Source of the DNA: Chlamydiota bacterium
GTDB taxonomy: Bacteria > Chlamydiota > Chlamydiia > Chlamydiales > RGXB01
Reading direction: 5' to 3'
Assembly (NCBI GenBank): GCA_947494155.1
Contig: CANLTW010000017.1
Coordinates: forward strand, 1 to 26,551
Length of the DNA: 26,551 nt
A model generated the notes under the pieces. It worked only from the letters and a program-made list of their open reading frames with translations, did not search any database and was not told the origin of the DNA. Of the stretch, positions 19,481 to 26,374 are shown piece after piece. How positions within the stretch are numbered: position 1 is the stretch's first letter; every line of letters begins with the position of its first letter. The translations under genes and the position numbers were made by a program.

Positions 19481-20008
19481 TTAAAAGCTGCTTGCCGTTC
19501 TCAAGAGATTGGTGAATTCATTTGAAACGCGAGCTATGAGTTGATTTAGGGCCTCTTTACGCTCCTTAGCCTCTGTTGTGCGCAGATCTTTTTCTCTCAA
19601 CGCAGCCGATCTGTAGGTCTCAATTTGACCTTGACCACGCGTAGCCAAGACTTTCCCTCCCACTTCAATAGTAGGTTTTGCTACTAAAGCAGCGGTGGTG
19701 AGGATGTGTTTCCCACGGTCTCCCAGAACAGCGGAAGCGGGGCAGAGCTCCGATGTTAGATAGGTATGAAGAAGTTGGCTCATTCCGCTGAAAAAAGGGC
19801 TAAATTCGATATTGCTCACCTGATGAAACTTTCTCCCTAGGTGATCTACCCCCTTTAGGTAATTTTCAAAAGCGTCTCTTGCAATTTGCCTCTCCTCAAT
19901 TCCTAACCTGGAGAAGACCGAGTAAACCGCTTGCATGTAGTCGGCTATGCGTACAATAGAGGATTTAGATTCTATGGCTGCTATTGGTTCTATATGTGAC
20001 ATAGTCAT
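19481..20008 (-). CDS. Probable type III secretion minor translocator (CopD/YopD-like) or cassette-associated protein
   Basis: Last gene of the chaperone cassette, ATGA-coupled to the upstream gene, with a C-terminal amphipathic/coiled-coil helix. Assignment is mainly positional. Confidence 0.45.
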   Translation of the reverse strand: MTMSHIEPIAAIESKSSIVRIADYMQAVYSVFSRLGIEERQIARDAFENYLKGVDHLGRKFHQVSNIEFSPFFSGMSQLLHTYLTSELCPASAVLGDRGKHILTTAALVAKPTIEVGGKVLATRGQGQIETYRSAALREKDLRTTEAKERKEALNQLIARVSNEFTNLLRTASSF

Positions 20009-20895
20009 CCCTTTGTTGTATTTTGTATATTTGCGATAGCGTCTTGGTAGTTTTTAAGAATTTCAGCTACCTGAGCCTCAATTGCCAGCCTCTCTTGTTC
20101 GTGGCGATTTTCGTCGAAAGTCTCTGTCAGGCGGGTTTGCTGTTGTTTTACTTTTTCGCTTTGCTCGCTTGCAATTTTGTTTAAAAGAGCAGCTTGCCGT
20201 TTGCGATAGCCCTCGTCGATTTGAGAAACTCCTGAGGTAATTTGGGAAGCTAGATTTGCGAATTTTTCCGCCGGAGAGGGGAGGGTAGCCATTGAGGACA
20301 TATGGTAAATGGTTGACCCAGCCAGTGCGATGATATTTAGAGAAAGTAGAGCATTTTTAAACCTCTCGTCCACCAGATCAAAACCATCAAAGGCATGAGC
20401 CATCAAGGAAGTCGTTGAAAGCGCCAACGTGGATCCTTTCAAAAGCTTTTCCCCTAAAGTAGCCTGACTCCAGGTTCCGGTAAAAAGAAAAGAAACGGTA
20501 GATGTTGTGAAAAGGGCCAAATTCTTTAAAAGTCGGGAAAAGTGAGCTTTTTCTTCAGCCTTAACACTCTCTTTTTCGGCATCTAGAAGACTTTTGCGGT
20601 GGGATTGGAGCTGTTTGGATAGATGGATGATCTGCTCTCGATTATCCTCGAGCAATTCCCCTTTGAGTTTGTCTAGACTTGTTACAAAATTTACAAGATT
20701 GAGCATAGGGTTGCAACCTATGCTGCTTGGGGCCGGAATTTTTGGCCTTAAATCGATTTTTTTTGATGAAGAGGACTCTTGGATGACTACATCAGGTGAA
20801 AAGGGGACAGAGTGGCTATCAAAAGATACAGCGATATCTTTTGCCGGTTCCACCCTTTTTTTATTCCCAACAGGTTCAATCCTTACATCGTTCAT
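20005..20895 (-). CDS. Probable type III secretion major translocator (CopB/YopB/SctE-like)
   Basis: Directly downstream of the LcrH/SycD chaperone. Pro-containing N-terminal segment (RPKIPAP, a PxLxxP-like chaperone-binding motif), coiled coil, central hydrophobic segments and a C-terminal coiled coil. Confidence 0.65.
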   Translation of the reverse strand: MNDVRIEPVGNKKRVEPAKDIAVSFDSHSVPFSPDVVIQESSSSKKIDLRPKIPAPSSIGCNPMLNLVNFVTSLDKLKGELLEDNREQIIHLSKQLQSHRKSLLDAEKESVKAEEKAHFSRLLKNLALFTTSTVSFLFTGTWSQATLGEKLLKGSTLALSTTSLMAHAFDGFDLVDERFKNALLSLNIIALAGSTIYHMSSMATLPSPAEKFANLASQITSGVSQIDEGYRKRQAALLNKIASEQSEKVKQQQTRLTETFDENRHEQERLAIEAQVAEILKNYQDAIANIQNTTKG

Positions 20896-21355
20896 ACAAA
20901 ACCTCCAGTTGGGTTTGAAAATCGAGATCCTCTTTGGGTGACAACTCTTCAGCTTTCAATAGCGCCCCTTTGGCCTCATCGTAACGCTTGAGATCCATAA
21001 GTGCTTTTGCCGTGTATAGATAGAGGAGAGGATCGTTCGGATCCATGAGTAAAGCTACAGAAAAGTATACCACGCTATCAGCCGACTGATCGAGCATCTG
21101 GCACGTGCATCCCAAGGCTTTCCAGTAGGCGGGATGGAAGGGGTGAGAAAAAATCAGCTTTAAAAAAAGTGATTTTGCTTTTTCATACTGACCTACTGAG
21201 TAAAAGGTGTAGCCCATAGAGTAAACAAGCTCTAAATCTTTGTCAGACAGTTCGACAATATCTAGCGGCGTTAGAGTGCTATTAGACCGAATTTTTCTAA
21301 CAATTGATTCGATTTGTTTTCTGGCCAGAAGAGATAAATGACTATCTGCCGGCAC
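20876..21355 (-). CDS. lcrH: SycD/LcrH family class II type III secretion chaperone (TPR)
   Basis: LELVYSMGYTFYSVGQYEKAKSLF, YWKALGCTCQM and ALLMDPNDP form three TPR-like repeats typical of LcrH/SycD. Confidence 0.9.
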   Translation of the reverse strand: MPADSHLSLLARKQIESIVRKIRSNSTLTPLDIVELSDKDLELVYSMGYTFYSVGQYEKAKSLFLKLIFSHPFHPAYWKALGCTCQMLDQSADSVVYFSVALLMDPNDPLLYLYTAKALMDLKRYDEAKGALLKAEELSPKEDLDFQTQLEVLYERCKD

Positions 21356-21836
21356 GATTCATCATCTTTTCTTTAAGTTCGCTCTCTTTTTGCACCACAT
21401 ATTTGGTGATTTCGGAAAGGAGCTTCATTAACTGGATTTGCGTCTCTATAACCATGATATCCGGTTGTACCCGGTTTTCCAAGGTAGATTTCGAACCCTC
21501 AACCTCATCAATCAGGGCCTCTAAGTCCTTAAGAGGTACTTTTTTTAGATCGAGCTTATCGAAATCAAACGAGCTCTTGAGTTCGCTGTCTAAACTGTTT
21601 TGGATCTCCTCGTGCTGCTTTCTATAGGAGGCTATGGCGTCTGAAAAAGGTGAAAGATCCACCTCTTTAGATCCATCAGTTTTACGACGTAAGTTTCTCA
21701 ATAAAATAGCATCTTGCCTGAGGTGAAAACTGATTTTATCCAGCTCCTCTTTTTTTTCTGCGATTTTACTATAAACGATATGATCAAATTGCTGAGCTGC
21801 GGCTACTACATAGTAAGATGCACACTTGATGCCCAT
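21342..21836 (-). CDS. Hypothetical coiled-coil protein, first gene of the chaperone/translocator cassette
   Basis: 164 aa, GAGG RBS upstream, overlaps the chaperone start. Confidence 0.75.
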   Translation of the reverse strand: MGIKCASYYVVAAAQQFDHIVYSKIAEKKEELDKISFHLRQDAILLRNLRRKTDGSKEVDLSPFSDAIASYRKQHEEIQNSLDSELKSSFDFDKLDLKKVPLKDLEALIDEVEGSKSTLENRVQPDIMVIETQIQLMKLLSEITKYVVQKESELKEKMMNRAGR

Positions 21837-21937
21837 AAAATTTCCTCAAAAAAAGTTTTCCTAAGTCTATTTTATCTTGAAAAGGGACTCTTTGGCAATA
21901 GTCGAAATTTTTTTATTTTATAAAGGCATTCTATTTT

Positions 21938-22450
21938 TTATTTACATTCATTGTAGGGGACAGGGGAGGTAGTAGGGGGAAGAGGGGTCTCTGTATACAA
22001 AACTTTAACCTCCATCATCGATTCGGCAAAAACAACCTTTTTCCCATCAATCTCCATTAGGTACAAAGTCGTTTTTGGGCTCAAAAGCCGTTTTTCTAAA
22101 ATTTGCAGAGAATGAGATTTCATTCCAAATGTATGCCTACTGTGAGACATGCGTCGTAGAAACCAAATCGTCAAGAGGATAAGAGTGACAAAGCCGAACA
22201 GGGATAAAAGGGTCTTCAGTATGGCGTTTTGAAAATTTTTATTTTGTGTTTGAATTTCCTGACTGTCCTGATTTTGATCCTCTTTTTCCGACTCCTGTGT
22301 TTTTTTCACCTCCTGAGCGGGAGCGGTTTTATCCGGCTCTACCACCACAATCGTTTCGTTAAGGGTAGCAATAGAGTTTTGTCCTAAGCTTGTATTTTCT
22401 GCAAAAGCCAAAGAGCTGAAAAAAACAAGGCATATTAAGTAACATCTCAT
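21938..22450 (-). CDS. fliO: FliO/MopB family membrane protein
   Basis: ATG at 22450 with a GGAG RBS and signal peptide (MRCYLICLVFFSSLAFA). TM LLSLFGFVTLILLTIWFLRR followed by the FliO-type LQILEKRLLSPKTTLYLMEIDGKKVV. Confidence 0.82.
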   Translation of the reverse strand: MRCYLICLVFFSSLAFAENTSLGQNSIATLNETIVVVEPDKTAPAQEVKKTQESEKEDQNQDSQEIQTQNKNFQNAILKTLLSLFGFVTLILLTIWFLRRMSHSRHTFGMKSHSLQILEKRLLSPKTTLYLMEIDGKKVVFAESMMEVKVLYTETPLPPTTSPVPYNECK

Positions 22451-22758
22451 AGCTGCTCCCCAAAAAATAGAAAAGACGATACGAAAACCTATAGCAGAAA
22501 AGCTTTTAAACCAACAGATGAAAAAAACGAGTTTTGGTCCGTTTTGCATTTCATGGAGAGGGGAGCTCCAAACGCCACTATTTTCCCCTACGAGAGCAAT
22601 CCTGCTCTATCTTTTGATGAAAAAACTCCTCAACGGACAACATCTTCTAGGTTTTTTGTTGTCTAAAGAGGTGTCTAACTTACTAAAAGAAAAAGGTTAA
22701 TCATCTTAGATGTACAAAAAAAACCATTGATTATATCTATAAATCAAAAGGGAAAGGC

Positions 22759-22878
22759 ATGAAAAAAAAGACAAGTACTAGTAAGAAAGCTTTAAATAAA
22801 AAAGTAGCCAAAGGAAAGAAATCACCAGTCAAAGGGGGGGTTACAGAGGAACCCGTCCCTGCTATACCGATCAATTAA
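22759..22878 (+). CDS. Small Lys-rich-leader/GG peptide P1 (39 aa): MKKKTSTSKKALNKKVAKGKKSPVKGG-VTEEPVPAIPIN
   Basis: Hand-translated. GGAAAGG upstream of the ATG; shares a 41-bp leader block with P2. Confidence 0.7.
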   Translation: MKKKTSTSKKALNKKVAKGKKSPVKGGVTEEPVPAIPIN

Positions 22879-22968
22879 CAAAAACCTAAATAAAACGAAG
22901 AGGACAAATGAAGAAGCAACCAAAGGCAAAAGTAGCCAAAGGAAAGAAATCACCAGTCAAAGGGGGGG
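22800..22968 (+). repeat. 41-bp exact direct repeat (22800-22840 and 22928-22968) encoding KVAKGKKSPVKGG
   Basis: AAAAGTAGCCAAAGGAAAGAAATCACCAGTCAAAGGGGGGG occurs twice; the sequences diverge after the G run. Confidence 0.92.
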
Positions 22969-23120
22969 GGGAGACAATCAAAGCAACTAGCGGGCAAACT
23001 TCAAATATGGATCCAAATTGTGGAATACAAAAGGTCCGCGAATATTAAAACGAAAAAGATAGCCATAATCTATTGACAAAACGAAGAGGACAAATGAAGA
23101 AGCAACCAAAGGCAAAAGTA
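22892..23120 (+). repeat. 43-bp exact direct repeat (22892-22934 and 23078-23120) covering the RBS and MKKQPKAKV
   Basis: AAAACGAAGAGGACAAATGAAGAAGCAACCAAAGGCAAAAGTA occurs twice. Confidence 0.92.
22908..23048 (+). CDS. Small Lys-rich-leader/GG peptide P2 (46 aa): MKKQPKAKVAKGKKSPVKGGG-ETIKATSGQTSNMDPNCGIQKVREY
   Basis: Hand-translated. GAGG RBS; leader blocks shared with P1 and P3. Confidence 0.78.
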   Translation: MKKQPKAKVAKGKKSPVKGGGETIKATSGQTSNMDPNCGIQKVREY

Positions 23121-23252
23121 CCCAAAAGAAAGAAAACTACAAAGAAAAAGATTGCTGGGGGGGGGGCGTATGGTGTTGATACAAGTTATCCAAAGTGTAT
23201 AAAACAAGAATGTGTCGGCAATCCCAGCAAATCTTTTAGAAATCTAAACTAG
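23094..23252 (+). CDS. Small Lys-rich-leader/GG peptide P3 (52 aa): MKKQPKAKVPKRKKTTKKKIAGGG-AYGVDTSYPKCIKQECVGNPSKSFRNLN
   Basis: Hand-translated. Same RBS block as P2, two Cys in the core. Its TAG overlaps the fabI TAG in a CTAG palindrome at 23249-23252. Confidence 0.78.
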   Translation: MKKQPKAKVPKRKKTTKKKIAGGGAYGVDTSYPKCIKQECVGNPSKSFRNLN

Positions 23253-24172
23253 CCTCTTGACAAGACGAGCGCCTCTTCTTTTTGGATCACTTTTTGTGTA
23301 GGTCTCCCCATCACGCCTAAGCCGTGATCGACAAACAGTACCTGCCCTGTAATCGCTTTTCCTAGAGGGGAGGCCAAAAAGAGCATTGTGTTGGCGACGT
23401 CTTCTGCTTCCAAATCTCTTTGAATAGGAGAGTTATGAAATGAGTACTCGATCATTGAATCAATCATACCAATAGCACGTGCAGCTCTAGAGGCCAACGG
23501 CCCTGCAGAAATGGCGTTTACGCGGATCATTTTTTCTTGGCCCAGTTCGTAGGCGAGATAGCGCACATCGGCTTCTAAAGCGGCTTTAGCGGAAGACATA
23601 CCCCCTCCATAACCAGGGATCACCTGATCGGCAGCGCGATAGGTAAGCGTTAGGCAGGATCCGTTTGGCTCCATAAGATTTTTGAAATGGGAACAGAGGC
23701 TAACGAAAGAGTAGCTAGAGGCGCTTATTGCGTGTAAATAGCCCTCTCTGGAGGTCATAGACAAGGGGTTTTTGATCTCTTTGGCATTTGCAATTGCATG
23801 AATTACAATATCCACTTTTTTAAAATCTTGGGCAACAGCAGATACAAAGCCGCTAATCGAAAAGTCTTGGAGTCCTTTATAGCGTTTATTTTCTTTGACT
23901 TCAAAAGGGACCGCGTCAAGGGTGTCGTATAGTGCATCTAATGGATAGATGGCATCAAAACTAAGCTCTTCACCATTTTTAAGCCTTCTGGATTCACTAA
24001 ATTTTTCATTTACCAGGATTTGTTCTAAAATTCCGAGCAAGGGGGGCCAGGTGCCTGCGATTACTTTCGCTCCAAGATTTTTGAAGGCCTTAGCAATAGC
24101 CCAGGCAAATCCCTGGTCATCGCCAATACCGGCAATCACAACAACCTTATCTTTTAAGTCCCATGGATCCAT
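23249..24172 (-). CDS. fabI: Enoyl-[acyl-carrier-protein] reductase (NADH), chlamydial/plant-type
   Basis: AGIGDDQGFAWAIAK, GTWPP, YPLDA, NKRY insert, TSREGYLHAISASSYS, catalytic YGGGMSSAKAALE and ISAGPLASRAA. Confidence 0.97.
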   Translation of the reverse strand: MDPWDLKDKVVVIAGIGDDQGFAWAIAKAFKNLGAKVIAGTWPPLLGILEQILVNEKFSESRRLKNGEELSFDAIYPLDALYDTLDAVPFEVKENKRYKGLQDFSISGFVSAVAQDFKKVDIVIHAIANAKEIKNPLSMTSREGYLHAISASSYSFVSLCSHFKNLMEPNGSCLTLTYRAADQVIPGYGGGMSSAKAALEADVRYLAYELGQEKMIRVNAISAGPLASRAARAIGMIDSMIEYSFHNSPIQRDLEAEDVANTMLFLASPLGKAITGQVLFVDHGLGVMGRPTQKVIQKEEALVLSRG

Positions 24173-24400
24173 ATCATTTCTCTCAAAGCTTTATCTATTG
24201 CAAGAATATACTACGAAGCTTGTTTTCCTGTTAACCCTGTTTTGTTTTGCTACTGCTAGTCGAAACAACAAAAGAAAATAGGCGTCTCCTAGTTTCTCTA
24301 GGTTAAAAAAGCCCTCTTTAATAGGAGATTTCATCGGTTTAACTCTTTAAATCGACAAAAAAGCCTATTCATATTACCAAAAAATTAAAGTGTGGGATGT

Positions 24401-24547
24401 ATGAAAAAAAAACAAACACCAAAAAAGAAAGCTGTAAAAAAGAAAAAAAATACTAAAGGTGGAGAGTGTGTTCAATCTGGTTCTTTTTGGGGGCAATGTA
24501 AAAACGATGGACCTGATGATTTTTGGAGAACCAATTTAATCAAATAG
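24401..24547 (+). CDS. Small Lys-rich-leader/GG peptide P4 (48 aa): MKKKQTPKKKAVKKKKNTKGG-ECVQSGSFWGQCKNDGPDDFWRTNLIK
   Basis: Hand-translated. GGGA upstream; 11 Lys in the first 19 aa, KGG hinge, core with 2 Cys and 2 Trp. Confidence 0.75.
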   Translation: MKKKQTPKKKAVKKKKNTKGGECVQSGSFWGQCKNDGPDDFWRTNLIK

Positions 24548-24644
24548 TGGGTTAATTTTTTTAAGGTTCACTCTCCCCTTTACCTATTTCAACTTAGCAG
24601 GGTTATATTGTTTTTCATGAGACTTCTAGCTATACTTTTGAAGT

Positions 24645-25865
24645 ATGCGACACAAAAATGCCTTAATCCTCAAAGCCTTTGAAAGGCACTACCAAGAGGA
24701 GACAGGGTTTATCCATTTTGGGGTAGTAGCTCCTATTTTGGAAAACGCCCTATTTGCTTTGGCCCTTTTTAGAAAAAAAGAGCAAAAAACTATGCTGGAG
24801 GGAAAGGTGCTTCTATTGCGTTTGCTCTCCTATCAAAGCTCATCTGGTCTATTTCCCGACGCAGTCCATCTACTGGATCATGGCCATTTTTCCTGGAAAA
24901 AGAATCTCTACCTTGCTGCCGTTTTTACCCATCTTCTTAGAGAATTTGACCGGGTGATTGATAAGGTGTCGAAGGAAAAGATCCACCGCTGCTACACTTT
25001 TCTGATCGACGGATTAAAAAAGCTGGAATTGGGCGGAGCCCTTTTATTTTTGCGCTCTCTCCTTTTAGAAGAAGACCCTTTTCCTCTGGCCCCGTTAGAA
25101 TCCCAAGAAGAGGTGGAGATTTTTGTTGTCGGTTATGCCATAGCGCCTGAATCGCAACGACTTAAATTTGAGGAAATCCTTTCTTGGTACGTACTCAAAG
25201 ATGCCCCTTTTTATCAGGGCCCTTTTGAAGGGGTCAAGCAGTACAAGGGTAGGCTATTAAAATCTTTGATAGAAATTTCTCTAACTGTCGAAGAGGAGCT
25301 GAATGAGGAGGAGGCGATATTCGATAGGGTGTGGATGGAATCGGTTTTGGCTCCAGATCTTTCGCATATTAAAGGTCAGGCATTTTGGGTTCGCCACAAG
25401 GATTTAAGGGAGAAGGGGGATCTTTATGCTCTGGCTTTTTTGGATTTAAAACAGGGGCTTACAGCTGCTTTGTATCTTCCCCAAAACACCTTTTTTGATC
25501 CAAAAACATCGATTTACACTTTTTCACTTGAGGGTTTTTATGAGGAGGATACTCATGAAATTAGCCTTTACATCCCTAAATCCCCCTCTATTGAAGTCCA
25601 TGTTGATCAGGTAAAATCTTCGATTTTTCGAGAAAACGAGTGTGTAATGATTGATACAGAAGGTCAAACCATCCCCCTAATGTTTCGCATTGTTGAAGGG
25701 GATGGGAAGTTTATAGGGCATATAAGTTTGGATTCCAGACCCAATGAAATGGAAAAAGGGGGAATTTACGACAGAAAAATCTCGATTCGAACAATCGAAA
25801 GATCTTTGAGTTGCAAAATAGAGCTTTTTATTGGTTGGAATCAAGAGACCCTCAACTCTCTTTGA
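24645..25865 (+). CDS. Hypothetical protein (N-terminal helical region, C-terminal beta-rich region)
   Basis: 406-aa ORF with ATG start. No motif I can assign with confidence. Confidence 0.75.
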   Translation: MRHKNALILKAFERHYQEETGFIHFGVVAPILENALFALALFRKKEQKTMLEGKVLLLRLLSYQSSSGLFPDAVHLLDHGHFSWKKNLYLAAVFTHLLREFDRVIDKVSKEKIHRCYTFLIDGLKKLELGGALLFLRSLLLEEDPFPLAPLESQEEVEIFVVGYAIAPESQRLKFEEILSWYVLKDAPFYQGPFEGVKQYKGRLLKSLIEISLTVEEELNEEEAIFDRVWMESVLAPDLSHIKGQAFWVRHKDLREKGDLYALAFLDLKQGLTAALYLPQNTFFDPKTSIYTFSLEGFYEEDTHEISLYIPKSPSIEVHVDQVKSSIFRENECVMIDTEGQTIPLMFRIVEGDGKFIGHISLDSRPNEMEKGGIYDRKISIRTIERSLSCKIELFIGWNQETLNSL

Positions 25866-25914
25866 ACAAAAAGCTCTTTATAGGGAGAACCACTGATTCT
25901 TCTTTTTGGGCTAC

Positions 25915-26046
25915 TTAATCATGTCCACAAACTTTTATGTCACCTTTTTGGGGGATACTAATCCATGACCCTTCCCCCCCCCCGAATTTTTTAATATTTT
26001 TTTTGTTTTTAGCCTTACTTTTTTTAGTTTCTGCATTCTTTTTCAT
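25915..26046 (-). CDS. Small Lys-rich-leader/GG peptide P5 (43 aa): MKKNAETKKSKAKNKKNIKKFGGG-EGSWISIPQKGDIKVCGHD
   Basis: Hand-translated on the minus strand. AGGGGA RBS upstream; same leader/GGG/core layout. Confidence 0.75.
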   Translation of the reverse strand: MKKNAETKKSKAKNKKNIKKFGGGEGSWISIPQKGDIKVCGHD

Positions 26047-26258
26047 AGAATTCCCCTAATTATAAATTCCACTTACAACTAATTACTTTTTTTAGCAAAA
26101 ATAGACTTTAATCCAGGTATACCGACCAGGCCTCACCTCACTCTCTTTGATTGTCCTCGCCCTAGTTTGAATAGTCCCAACCTTTTTGGAAAAAAAAACT
26201 TGCAATTTTTGAAAATTCAGATAGATCCAAAAATTAGAAGAACATAAAAGGGTTTTTT

Positions 26259-26374
26259 ATGAAAAAGCATCCAAAGATCAGCCATACAGCTGCAAAAAAG
26301 ACAGCAAACGCCTTGGTCAAAAATACAAGGGTGGGAATTATTCCACAGATTATGGCATGAATTCCCACAAATAA
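26259..26374 (+). pseudogene. Possible frameshifted sixth member (P6): MKKHPKISHTAAKKTANALVKNT, with KGGNYSTDYGMNSHK in the -1 frame
   Basis: The in-frame ORF 26259-26360 reads ...KNTRVGIIPQIMA. One extra base near 26327 would give NTKGG, matching the P4 hinge (KNTKGG), and a stop at 26372-26374. Confidence 0.4.

Noticed and set aside
684..21923. Many antisense or overlapping ORFs in the track (e.g. 684-1052+, 5690-6124+, 7339-7818+, 15058-15516+, 15524-15922+, 20594-20941+, 13449-13820-)
   Set aside because: Shadows of well-supported genes on the opposite strand or in another frame, with no recognisable motifs.
21938..22450. fliO as evidence for a flagellar system
   Set aside because: No other flagellar genes in the window. 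Isolated flagellar-export homologs are known in non-motile Chlamydiae.
22518..22700. 60-aa ORF starting MKKTSFG upstream of P1
   Set aside because: Lacks the Lys-rich leader and GG hinge and lies across the likely fliO promoter region. Not counted as a family member.
23073..23078. Perfect TTGACA upstream of P3
   Set aside because: Only 15 bp before the ATG, leaving no room for a -10 element and transcript leader.
22800..23120. 41-43-bp direct repeats separated by unique sequence, superficially CRISPR-like
   Set aside because: Two different overlapping repeats with two copies each, irregular spacing, no palindrome and no cas genes. They encode RBS and leader peptide in frame.
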